Assembly: GCA_963708075.1 (NCBI GenBank)
Contig: OY970194.1
Coordinates: 4,000,001 to 4,064,000, forward strand
DNA: 64,000 bases
Direction: 5' to 3'
Origin: Sedimentisphaerales bacterium
Lineage (GTDB): Bacteria > Planctomycetota > Phycisphaerae > Sedimentisphaerales > Anaerobacaceae
Shown here: positions 51,519 through 61,857 of the stretch, in pieces
Layout: every line of letters begins with the position of its first letter
Numbering within the stretch: position 1 is the stretch's first letter
Program-made: the position numbers and the translations under genes
Notes under the pieces: generated by a model
What the model saw: the letters and a program-made list of their open reading frames with translations, nothing else
Database searches by the model: none
What the model was told of the DNA's origin: nothing

Positions 51519-52702
51519 TGCAGAGCGACGAGGCGGTTCCCATCACCGGTCTGGGTTGTCTTTGCGCTGCCGGAAGATCGGTCGCGAGACTCACGGAGGC
51601 GCTGTTCGCCGGACGTCGTTGCGTTGCCTGGCGGCAGGTTCGCGGAAACAGTTACCCCGTGTTCCAGTTAGATAGCCATTCTGTTCCTGCCGGGTACTAC
51701 GAGGAGGCCGAGTGCGAGCGGTGCGGCCGACTGGCCATAGCGGCTGCCGACGAGGCACTCACCCATGCCGGTCTGACCGGCGAGCATCTCCAACGCCGTC
51801 GGGTGGGGGTCTGCCTGGGCACCACGGTTGGCAGTGCGATGAATAATGAGACGTTCTACCGCGATTTCCGTGCAGGCCGCATGCCGGGAATTGAGCCGAT
51901 ACGTCGCTATCTGCGGGCCAACCCGGCAATGATGCTCGCACAAGCGTTTGGCCTGACCGGACCATGCCAGACAATCACCAATGCCTGCTCCTCCGGCGGC
52001 GTAGCCATCGGACATGCCGCCCAGTGGGTGCGAGCCGGTCTGTGTGATGTGGCGATTGCCGGCGGAGCCGATATGCTCTGTAACGTCATTCATGCCGGCT
52101 TTCTCTCATTGTTGGTTACAGACACGGAGCCCTGCCGACCGTTTGACCGAAACCGTCGCGGTTTGAATCTCGGCGAAGGGGCCGGCGTCGTCGTACTGGA
52201 GTCAAAACAATCCGTCTGCGAGCGAGACGCTCCGGTCCAGGCGTGGTTGTGCGGGTATGGAAACGCCTCTGATGCGTATCACATTTCTGCGCCGGAGCCC
52301 GGTGGCAGAGGGTTGAGGCGGGCTCTGGAGCAGGCACTGACACAGGCTCATATAGACCCCAAAGATGTCGATTTTATCAACGCCCACGGGACTGCCACGC
52401 CGGAGAACGACCGCGTCGAGGGCCGGCTATTTCCTGATATGTTTCCAGGGGTCCCCTTTGGTTCCACGAAGGGCTTCACCGGTCATACGCTCGGAGCCGC
52501 CGGGGGGATCGAGGCCGTGATCACGATCCTTTGTCTGCGGGAGAAGCGAATCCCGGCGAGCATCGGATTTCACGAGCCGGACCCGGATTTTCTCGGTCAG
52601 CCGGTTGTGGAGAATACGCCGATCGCCGGCCGATATGGACTATCCGACTCCGTTGCGTTTGGCGGGAACAATGTAGCTCTGATTTTTCAGGGGCAATCGT
52701 GA
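51515..52702 (+). CDS. Beta-ketoacyl-ACP synthase (ApeO-like)
   Basis: TNACSSG, NAHGTAT, KGFTGHT. Confidence 0.92.
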   Translation: MMQSDEAVPITGLGCLCAAGRSVARLTEALFAGRRCVAWRQVRGNSYPVFQLDSHSVPAGYYEEAECERCGRLAIAAADEALTHAGLTGEHLQRRRVGVCLGTTVGSAMNNETFYRDFRAGRMPGIEPIRRYLRANPAMMLAQAFGLTGPCQTITNACSSGGVAIGHAAQWVRAGLCDVAIAGGADMLCNVIHAGFLSLLVTDTEPCRPFDRNRRGLNLGEGAGVVVLESKQSVCERDAPVQAWLCGYGNASDAYHISAPEPGGRGLRRALEQALTQAHIDPKDVDFINAHGTATPENDRVEGRLFPDMFPGVPFGSTKGFTGHTLGAAGGIEAVITILCLREKRIPASIGFHEPDPDFLGQPVVENTPIAGRYGLSDSVAFGGNNVALIFQGQS

Positions 52703-53751
52703 CGGAGCCTCATCCTGCAATTATTGGCATCGGTTTAGTGGGCGGTTTTGGCTTGGGCAAGCAGGCCGCGATCGAAGCGCTTCGCGTGGGAGGCAAGCCC
52801 AACGGAACAGTGCCTGTGATGAGCCCATCGGGACAGCGTCAACTGCCCGCCTACCAGGTGGATACGTCGCCTGTTAGCCGCATCGTTGCTCCTGCGGCTT
52901 TGAGACGCATGAACCGATTTGCCAAAATCGCGGTGCTCGGCGCGTCGCTGGCACTGAAGGATGCCGGCTGGAACATCCCTCTCAAACGCGACGACGTCGG
53001 CTTGGTCATCGCCAGCGGGTACGGGGCATCGAAGAGCACCTTCGACTTCCTGGACAGCATGATCGACGGCGAGGGTCAATTCCCCTCGCCTACCCTCTTC
53101 TCCAACTCCGTTCATTCATCGGCCGCCTCACACCTGAGCATTGTATTGGAGCTGGGTGGACCGTGTCTGACAGTCAGCCAGTTCGAGATGTCGACCATCT
53201 CGGCACTGCTGACGGCGCACCAGTGGCTCCAGGATGGCTGCGTGGAAGCGGTCCTGTTCGGCGCGGTCGATGAGGTCTGCCCTGTCCTGGGGTACTGCTA
53301 CGACTGTTTCTTTGAAGCCAACGCCTGCGGGCCCATGGAGCCTTTTGCCTGGGACAGGCAGACGGCCGTCATGGGAGAAGGGGCGGCGTTCTTGCTGCTG
53401 ACGCGACGAACGGATACCGGCAACGCCTATGGTCACGTCGATGGGCTGGCATGGACCCGGAGTCAGGATGTCACAGTCCCTGAAGACAGCCTCCTGGTAC
53501 TCGGGGCTGACGGCCACACCTGCTGTGCCGCCGACTACCGTCGGTTGTCCGAGGCTGCGGCAACTCAAGCCGCCTACGCCCCGGTGTACGGAAGTCTGCC
53601 TGGGGGACAGGCTTTCGATGTAGCCATAGCGGCGGCCGTGGCCGAGCAGGACTCCAGCGGCAGTCGCATCTGTTCCGCCAAATGCGACGCAAATGGAAAT
53701 TGTGGGGTTATCGAATGCACTTTCGATCCAGGGCATCGTGGGCATGCCTGA
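52699..53751 (+). CDS. Non-catalytic KS / chain length factor
   Basis: 'LRRMNRF', 'SPTLFSNSVH', 'SQFEMS' replacing the Cys motif; GTGA overlap. Confidence 0.85.
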   Translation: MTEPHPAIIGIGLVGGFGLGKQAAIEALRVGGKPNGTVPVMSPSGQRQLPAYQVDTSPVSRIVAPAALRRMNRFAKIAVLGASLALKDAGWNIPLKRDDVGLVIASGYGASKSTFDFLDSMIDGEGQFPSPTLFSNSVHSSAASHLSIVLELGGPCLTVSQFEMSTISALLTAHQWLQDGCVEAVLFGAVDEVCPVLGYCYDCFFEANACGPMEPFAWDRQTAVMGEGAAFLLLTRRTDTGNAYGHVDGLAWTRSQDVTVPEDSLLVLGADGHTCCAADYRRLSEAAATQAAYAPVYGSLPGGQAFDVAIAAAVAEQDSSGSRICSAKCDANGNCGVIECTFDPGHRGHA

Positions 53752-54320
53752 CAGGCTTGGTCGAGGTGGTTTTGCTGTCGGGACCCGTCCACGCCAGGAC
53801 AGAGGATTCGCTGGGAGAGAACCTGCTGAACGCTCTTCGCGGCCGGGTGCCGCACGAGACGGCGTTAGGGCTGTATGCCGGCACGGCTTACGATTGGTCG
53901 GACATGAGTTTCTGTCTGGCGAGTTGGCAGGCGCTTTTCGACTATGACGAGATCTGGCCACATCCGGCGCCGGAGGGACTGGGCATCCGTGTGGAAGCCG
54001 ATGCAGGGGTCGCCGTCGGAAGCGAGTTCTCAGGCGAACGTCTGATGGCCTCGGGCAACTTCCTGGCCGTCTATGAGTTTGGCTCCCCAAGAACCTCACG
54101 GATTGTCCCCTACGTGGAAGCGGGAATCGGATTGATCTACACCGACTTTCAGCGAGAGGACCAGGGATGGCGTCTCAATTTCAACCCAGTGGCCGGATTC
54201 GGCGTTCGAATGGGATCGAAATTCATCGTGCTTCGCGCCCATCATCTATCCAACGGCGGCCTGGACGATGACAACCGGGGCATCAATTCAGTCGTTCTCG
54301 GATTCGGCATCTATCTGTAA
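53744..54320 (+). CDS. PagL-like acyloxyacyl hydrolase beta-barrel (start uncertain, possible early frameshift)
   Basis: 'PYVEAGIG', 'HHLSNGGL..DNRGIN' motif, C-terminal aromatic strand. Confidence 0.8.
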
Positions 54321-54398
54321 GCCGTCGGTGCCGGTTCTTCCGCTCATCGCAGTTTCGCGGGCGAGAATTCTGTACGTAACAATTATTCCAGGCGGAGA

Positions 54399-54427
54399 TT
54401 GACAAGGCTGTCCAGAGGACCTATGAT
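54399..54427 (+). promoter_or_regulatory. Near-consensus sigma70 promoter
   Basis: TTGACA-17-TATGAT. Confidence 0.7.
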
Positions 54428-54497
54428 CCGCTCGTATTCGTAGTCCGCATTCCTGCGAGCGTAGAGGCACAATGAGTAAAGAGAAAGGAGAAAAACT

Positions 54498-55100
54498 ATG
54501 AAGAAACAAGGATTGTTGGCTCTGTTGCTTGGTTCGATCGTTGTCGCGTGCTGCTCCTGTAAGAGCAACGAGGCATCCAGCGCGCCGAGTGATAGTTCAC
54601 AGACTGTGGCTGCCAGGGCAGACACCGACGTCTACAACAAATACAACGTTCATTACATCTCCGAGAAGGGCAAGAACAAAGCCAGTTATGCGAACTGGAC
54701 CGACTGGCCTGGACATGGCATACTGTCCTACAATTCGAAAATCCGCGTCGATTCTCTCGGGAAGACGATTGATCTGGTGGATGTGAGCACAGGCAAAGTC
54801 ATTGAGATGGAGTTCCATTCCGGGCGGATGGGCATGTCCGCCAAAGAGTACGTCGACCTGATCACGTCACCAACACCCGTCAACTATGAAGGCTTGAGCG
54901 ATGTGGATCGCCAGGGGATTCAGGCCGGAAAAGCCATGGTCGGAATGAGTAAACAAGGCGTGTTAGTTGCCCTGGGCTATCCGGCCAAGCATCAAACACC
55001 ATCCATCGATCAGAACCGCTGGGTCTATTGGAAAGGCCGATTTGAAACCTATGCAGTGGAATTCGACAACGGTGGCAAGGTCGCGTCAATCAGGAAGTAA
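54498..55100 (+). CDS. Lipoprotein with BamE/SmpA-like C-terminal motif
   Basis: AAGGAG SD; Cys lipobox; 'GMSKQGVLVALGYP...WVYW'. Confidence 0.72.
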   Translation: MKKQGLLALLLGSIVVACCSCKSNEASSAPSDSSQTVAARADTDVYNKYNVHYISEKGKNKASYANWTDWPGHGILSYNSKIRVDSLGKTIDLVDVSTGKVIEMEFHSGRMGMSAKEYVDLITSPTPVNYEGLSDVDRQGIQAGKAMVGMSKQGVLVALGYPAKHQTPSIDQNRWVYWKGRFETYAVEFDNGGKVASIRK

Positions 55101-55113
55101 CTCCGGCATCCGC

Positions 55114-55848
55114 ATGCAATGGGTCTACGCGTCGCTTGTGTCTGCCGTTCTGATCGTCACGTCTCATGCAGGTGCATCGAAGGGCCCGGTCGATTCCCCA
55201 CAGTCGCCGCAACTTCTGCGGCTGCTGCGGGAATCCCGGGCCCCTTATCATACCTTTGCCACTCGATTCCATCAGCGCAAGCATCTGGACATCCTCAATG
55301 TGGACTTGGAATCCGAAGGGATGATTTTCTTTCGCCGGCCGGGCTCGGTGCGCTACGAAATTGTCTCTCCGGTGCGGTCTCTCATGATCTACGATGGGAA
55401 GAAGGTCCGCTGCTATGCATTCAGTGAGGGCAAGTGGAAGTTGCTGAACAACCCCGGCGCCACCGCCATCGGGCAGGTCCTGCGACAGATCGGCCGTTGG
55501 ATTCAGGGGGATTTCGACGCCGACCGCAAGATGTTCGAAATCGGTGTCGTGTCCTCTGAGGATGGTGGCGGCTGCATTCACCTGGTGCCTCGCAGCGAAG
55601 CCCTCATGCAGTTCATTCGACGCATCGAAATATATGTCAGGAAGACCTCGGACGACTACTGGGTGAACAGGATCATTATCCGGGAATCGGAGGCGGACAT
55701 GACAGACATGCGGTTCCGCCAGGAATTGCGCGACCAACCGATTCCTGAAGGCACTTTCTCATCCCCTGAGGCGTCCGATGCATGCCAAGCCATGTTTGTG
55801 CAAGAAAAGAGTCCCGATCCCAATGAAACCGAGAAACCGAAATCGTGA
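55114..55848 (+). CDS. LolA-like carrier protein
   Basis: 'FHQRKHL..L...SEG..FF.RPG.VRYE..SP'. Confidence 0.8.
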   Translation: MQWVYASLVSAVLIVTSHAGASKGPVDSPQSPQLLRLLRESRAPYHTFATRFHQRKHLDILNVDLESEGMIFFRRPGSVRYEIVSPVRSLMIYDGKKVRCYAFSEGKWKLLNNPGATAIGQVLRQIGRWIQGDFDADRKMFEIGVVSSEDGGGCIHLVPRSEALMQFIRRIEIYVRKTSDDYWVNRIIIRESEADMTDMRFRQELRDQPIPEGTFSSPEASDACQAMFVQEKSPDPNETEKPKS

Positions 55849-56481
55849 GGAGTGACGCCTGGCTCATTCTGATGGCTCTCTTTCTCGGCGGCTCAGGCTG
55901 TGCATACCAGCAGTCATTCGGAGAGCCGATTGACGATGTGGCCCGTCGAGCGGCTCTGCTCCAGGCATATCCGCGTCCCAATGTCTCCCAGGCAGTCTTC
56001 CGCACCTTGATTCGCTGGGGCAAGCGAGAAGTCTCTCTGACCGAGGTTGTCAAGGCATCTCCCGACGGCGGCCTGTCGGTGGCGGGCATAACGGACATCG
56101 GCAGCACCCTGTACGCGGCTCAGATCGATCCAAATGGGCGAGGGCACATCATTAACAAGTCCATACCCTTCTCGAACCGGTGGCTGCTCGACGGCCTCAT
56201 CGCCGAGTTGCTCATCCCTTGGAATGGGCCGAATGAGAACCTGCCGATTGCACAGACAAGCAGACAACACTTGGGCATTCGTCTGCCAAGAGCAACGCAT
56301 CACCCGCGTGTTCATCTTCGATGGGGCTGGGAGCTGGCAGCAATTCCGCCGGGTCAAAGGCTCTCGCTTACTTAGCCGAGCCTTCCTGGAGTGGGATGGG
56401 CAACCCATTCCAAAGATCATGCGCGTGGACAACACCGCTGAACACTACCAGGTTGTCCGAGAACGAGTCTCAGTCCAGTAG
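55845..56481 (+). CDS. DUF3261-like (LolB-fold) lipoprotein, frameshift near 56238
   Basis: GSGC lipobox; continues in 56134-56481; position after the LolA-like gene as in aryl-polyene clusters. Confidence 0.6.
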
Positions 56482-56525
56482 GCTGGATTGGCCGCTCATC
56501 CACCTCGGCGTTGCGGACACTCTGT

Positions 56526-57389
56526 CTAAGGGACCGGCTCCTCTTCTGGAAGACGCGCTGCGGCTGTTCGCCCGACGATGTGCCCGATGCCGACACCGCC
56601 AAGATAGACGGGCCAGTACGCACTTGAGAGCACGTATTCTCCCAAATTGCCGCCCACGTACGTGCCATAGGCCGGGTAGAGCAGATGGCAGGCCTGTTTC
56701 TGCTCATCCAGCGGCTTGAAGGTCTCGATGTAACTCAATGCCGTCGAGCTGGCCACCGCCTCATGGTACAAGTTGACGAAAGGAACCATGTACAGGAAGG
56801 CATAGGTTCCCTTGTACCGCTGGCGGGCAAAATCCTGTGCGTGTCCCGCCTCGTGCACAACGATGGGCTTGAGGTCGGAATAGAGGTTAATCGTGTTGGA
56901 ATAGGGATTGTAGTTGTCGCCACCGAAGAAGCGGCCCGGCAATATCGTGTACTGCAACCAGGCCAGGAAGCCAAAGGGGTATCGCCAGACGGGGTGGATG
57001 TTCCTGTTCGAAAACGTTCGACGCCACTCATCTCCCACCGCATAGGCATTGATCCGGATCTTCGTGTCACCCAGCTCGTGCTCCCTGCAAAACTGAACGA
57101 GAGCTTCAACCGTCTCATCGGATATCTGGTGACTGTCCACCTTCCCATTCCAAAGCAGAAGCTTGCTCAAGAGACTCCCCGGCCAGAACCAGTCACTCGC
57201 ATCCAGAAAGCCATTGGGTCTGCCCGCAGCCACGTCGGGCTTGTCCTTGGCACGGGGATAGACGCCCGGATAGCCCGCGGCTGACGTAGGACTGTAAGGA
57301 ACGGTTGCACAGCCGCACGTCAGCGCAAATAGCACGACAGCACAGGACCTGAACAAGAACACTCGCATAATCCACATTCCCACCGACAA
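56526..57389 (-). CDS. Lipoprotein with HExxH motif (putative zinc metalloprotein)
   Basis: TCGC lipobox; 'VVHEAGHAQD...HEAVAS'; TTGCAG-17-TATGTT promoter upstream. Confidence 0.65.
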   Translation of the reverse strand: MSVGMWIMRVFLFRSCAVVLFALTCGCATVPYSPTSAAGYPGVYPRAKDKPDVAAGRPNGFLDASDWFWPGSLLSKLLLWNGKVDSHQISDETVEALVQFCREHELGDTKIRINAYAVGDEWRRTFSNRNIHPVWRYPFGFLAWLQYTILPGRFFGGDNYNPYSNTINLYSDLKPIVVHEAGHAQDFARQRYKGTYAFLYMVPFVNLYHEAVASSTALSYIETFKPLDEQKQACHLLYPAYGTYVGGNLGEYVLSSAYWPVYLGGVGIGHIVGRTAAARLPEEEPVP

Positions 57390-57527
57390 CCTCGAATTCG
57401 CCTGTTGAGAACACGGCTGTCTAAGAACATATCGTCATCTTGAATCCCCTGCAAGGAACACCCACAGCGATTACATGGCGGGTGGCAGCTATAGGGCAAT
57501 CCCCTGGGGCTACAAGGGCCTCCCTAC

Positions 57528-58700
57528 GACAACCATCTGCCGACGGTCCACGGCTTCGATGAATTCTTTGGCAACCTTTACCACTTGAATGCCGAGGAAG
57601 AACCGGAGACCTACTACTACCCGAAGGATCCGGAGTTCAAAAAGAAGTATGGCCCGCGCGGGGTACTCCACTGCTGGTCTGACGGCAAGGGCGGACAGAA
57701 GATCGAGGACACCGGCCCGCTGACCAGCAAGCGCATGGAAGCCATCGACGAGGAAATCCACGCGGCGGCGATGGATTTCATGGATCGCATCGCCAAGGCA
57801 AAGAAGCCCTTCTTTATCTGGTATAACAGCACTCGCATGCATGTCTGGACGCGCCTCAAGAAGGAGTCGCAAGGCAAAACCGGCATCGGCCTTTATCCCG
57901 ATGGCATGGTGGAGCACGACGGCTTCGTCGGCGAAGTGCTCAAGAAACTCGACGACCTCGGTCTGGCCGACAACACCATCGTGGTTTACGGCACCGACAA
58001 CGGCGCCGAGACCGCGACGTGGCCGGATGGCGGCATCACCCCGTTCCATGGCGAGAAGGGGACCACCTGGGAAGGCGGCTTCCGCGTGCCCATGCTCGTT
58101 CGCTGGCCACGCGTGATCAAGCCCGGCACCATCATCAACGATATCTTCTCCCAGGAAGACTGGCTGCCGACCCTGCTGGCTGCGGCCGGGGAGCCGAACG
58201 TGGTCGAGAAGCTCAAGCAAGGCTACACGGCCAACGGCAGGACCTTCAAGGTTCACGCCGACGGCTACAACTTCCTGCCCTACTTCAAGGGCGAGGTGAA
58301 GAAAGGTCCCCGCGAGCAAATCCTCTACTTCGGCCAGGGCGGCGAGCTGAATGCTGTGCGCTGGAACGACTGGAAAGTGAACTTCGCCGGGATTGATGGA
58401 AACATCGCGACCGGCAGCCGCAAGGTCACCGGCTGGCCGCTGATCGTGAACCTCCGGGCCGATCCCTACGAAAAGATGCCGTTCGAGTCCAGTATGTATC
58501 TCCGCTGGTATGCGGACAACATCTGGCTGTTCGTGCCCGTGCAGGCCCAGGTGAAGAACTTCCTCCTCTCGATTCCAGAGTATCCGTTCCAGGAAGGCTC
58601 CAGCCTGAACGCAGCGGGGATCAACCACCAGACGCTGAAAGCGGCGGCAGCGCTCAAGCGTTTGCAGGAAATCGAATCACTCGGTTCGCCGACCAACTAA
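57528..58700 (+). pseudogene. 5'-truncated arylsulfatase
   Basis: Starts at 'HLPTVHGFDEFFGNLYHLNAEE'; 'TDNG', 'GEKGTTWEGGFRVP', 'NLRADPYE'; in-frame TAG at 57492 and no CxxxR region. Confidence 0.85.
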
Positions 58701-58744
58701 CCGTCAGGCGTGAGAAAGACGCAGGCCGCACCCGTCCCAGCCGG

Positions 58745-58783
58745 GTGGGGCCCCTATCTCAGCGAGAGGCAATGGGGAACCGT
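58745..58783 (+). repeat. Duplicated fragment of the glucosidase 5' motif
   Basis: 38/39 identical to 59088-59126 ([12 protein letters not shown]). Confidence 0.85.
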
Positions 58784-59025
58784 TGGCATGAAGGACAATC
58801 GTTACTACTTCGCCTATACCTTCGACCAGTATCTCTATCAATCGAAAGAGAACCCCAAGGAATGAGTTGGAAAGAAAGGAGATACCCCATCGATGCGGGC
58901 TTTTACGGCTTTCTCCGTACGCAACTGAGTGAATCCCTCGTGTGTCCTTACGCCATCCGGGCCGCATAATGGGTGATTGTGGCACGGCCTGTGGCCGGCA
59001 AGGGACGAGATATGCAGGAGGACTT

Positions 59026-61810
59026 ATGCAAAACGCCGAGCAAGAACGACTGACAGAATCGCGTACAGAAGGAGCACCGTGGACAAAGTGGGGCCCCTAT
59101 CTCAGCGAAAGGCAATGGGGAACCGTGCGCGAGGATTACAGTCTCGACGGTGACGCCTGGAACTATCTCCCCCATGACCAGGCGCGGTCGCGCGCGTACC
59201 ACTGGGGCGAGGACGGGCTGGGGGGAATCTCGGACAATCACCAAGTGCTGTGCTTTGCCCTGGCGCTCTGGAACGGGAAGGACCCGATCCTCAAGGAGCG
59301 AATGTTCGGTCTGACCAACAGCGAGGGAAACCACGGGGAGGACGTGAAAGAATACTACTTCTATCTCGACAGCACGCCCACCCACTCGTACATGAAGTAT
59401 CTCTACAAGTATCCACAGGAGGCCTTTCCCTACGCGGACCTGGTGGCGACCAACCGCCACCGGTCCCGACAGGAGCCGGAGTATGAGCTTCTCGACACGG
59501 GGATCTTCAACGACGACCGGTACTTCGATGTTTTCGTCGAGTACGCCAAGGCGGCTCCCGAGGACATCCTGATTCGGATCACGGTCTGCAATCGCGGTCC
59601 CGAGGCGGCGGCCCTCCAGGTTTTGCCGACACTCTGGTTCCGCAATACCTGGTCCTGGCCCGGCGGCGGCCCACAACCCGTTCTCCGGTCTCTCAAAACG
59701 GCGGGCCACCGAGTCATCCATGCCCATCCCAGCGACCCTCTGTTTCAGGGGTCTATGCCGGACTACACTTTGACTTGTGAGGGCCGGCCGGTGCTGCTTT
59801 TTACTGAGAACGAGACGAATACCGAGCGCATCTTCGGCACCCCCAACCGAAGCCCTTACGTGAAGGACGGTTTCGACAGCTATGTGGTGCACGGCCAGCA
59901 CGCCGCCGTGAATCCGGAACAGACCGGGACCAAGGCGGCGGCCCTGTATCCTCTGAATATCGATGCCGGGGCGACCGCGGTGCTCAAGCTGCGTCTTTCC
60001 CCCGCACCAGCGGAGAGCAGGGAAAAACCCTTCGGGAAGTCCTTCGATGAGATCTTTGAAGCCCGGCAGCATGAAGCGGACCTGTTCTACCAATCGGTGA
60101 CCCCGCCGTCTGCCACGGAAGATGAGGCCCGGGTGATGCGTCAGGCCCTGGCCGGCATGCTCTGGAGCAAGCAATACTACTATTTCGATGCGGACCGGTG
60201 GCTCGATGAACACCAGGCCCATCCGCTCCACGGTCAGACCCGCCAGATGCGAAACCGGGATTGGTTCCACATGGTCAATGACCATATCATCTCCATGCCG
60301 GACAAATGGGAATATCCCTGGTACGCCGCCTGGGACCTGGCTTTCCACGCCATCGCTCTTTCTACGGTGGATCCCGATTTTGCCAAGGCACAACTCAATC
60401 TCATGCTGCGTGAGATCTACCTGCACCCGAGCGGCCAGATCCCGGCCTACGAGTGGAACTTCAGCGACGTCAACCCGCCCGTCCACGCCTGGGCAACCCT
60501 GTTTCTCTACCGGACCGAACAGGCTCTTCGAGGGGAAGGAGACCTCGACTTCCTCAAACGCTCCTTTGCGAAGCTCATGCTGAATTTCACCTGGTGGGTG
60601 AACCGCAAGGACCGGTTCGGCAAGAATGTCTTTGAAGGGGGCTTTCTGGGGCTGGATAACATCGGCGTCTTCGACCGTAGCGCGCCCCTGCCCACGGGTG
60701 GATACCTGGAGCAGGCCGACGGCACCGCCTGGATGGCCCTTTTCTGCCAGAATATGATGGAGTTGAGTGTCGAATTGGCCGGATACGACATCACCTACGA
60801 AGACCTCTGCTACAAGTTTCTGGAGCACTTTCTGTGGATCGCCTCGGCCATGAACCGCACGGGGCAGGGCGGCATGTGGGACGACGAAGACGGCTTCTAC
60901 TACGACATCCTGAGGCTGCCTGACGGGTCGTCGCAGCGGCTCAAAGTCCGCTCCATGGTGGGACTGCTTCCCCTGTGCGCTACGACGGTCATCGAAGAGT
61001 GGCAGAAAGAACAGGTGCCGCACGTGCTGGAGAAAGCTGCGCACGCGCGTCCAGCACATGCCGGAGCTTCTCAAAAGCATCCATGCTGTGGGGCCCGAGC
61101 ATCTCGGGGTCGCGAACCGCACGGTTCTGGCTCTGGTGAACCAGGAGAGGCTCCGCCGGATCCTCACGCGGATGTTGGATGAAAATGAATTCCTCAGCCC
61201 CTATGGCATCCGGGCCCTCTCCCGCTATCACCTGGAGCATCCGTATGTCTTCAACGTCCACGGCGAGGAATTCCGGGTGCAATATCTCCCGGCCGAATCG
61301 GATTCCGGGTTGTTCGGGGGCAACTCCAACTGGCGCGGGCCCGTCTGGATGCCCGTCAATACTCTGATCATCCGGGCCCTTCTTCAATTCTACCTCTATT
61401 ACGGGGACAGTTTCCGGATCGAGTGCCCCACCGGCTCGGGGAGGATGATGAATCTCTTCGAGGTCAGCCGAGACATCGCCCAGCGCCTGACCCGCATCTT
61501 CCTGCGGGATCCCACGGGCCGGCGGCCCGTCTATGGCGGGACCGAGAAATTCCAGACCGATCTTCACTGGATGGACCTGATCCTGTTCTACGAGTTCTTC
61601 CATGGGGACAACGGGGCCGGACTCGGCGCCAGTCACCAGACGGGTTGGACAGGCCTCGTGGCGAAGCTGATCGACCTCTTTGGCCGCATGGACCCGGTGA
61701 AAACCCTGGCGGCCGGCAAACGAGCTGCCTTTGTGAGGCCTCAAGAAGCCGCCACCGGTGAAATGAAACCGGGCTATGAACCCGCGGGCGCAACATCAGC
61801 GGCTCGATAA
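59026..61810 (+). CDS. MGH1/GH63-like glucosidase, frameshift near 61040
   Basis: GGAGG SD; '[18 protein letters not shown]', '[14 protein letters not shown]'; second frame '[11 protein letters not shown]', 'GASHQTGWT'. Confidence 0.88.
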
Positions 61811-61857
61811 GACACCTCGGCGGCCGCGCCATCCGCATCCGGGAAGGGAGGAGCTCG

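Noticed and set aside
29037..56481. Firm claim that the cluster makes ladderanes
   Set aside because: Ladderane genes are themselves unproven, and similar clusters occur in organisms not known to make ladderanes
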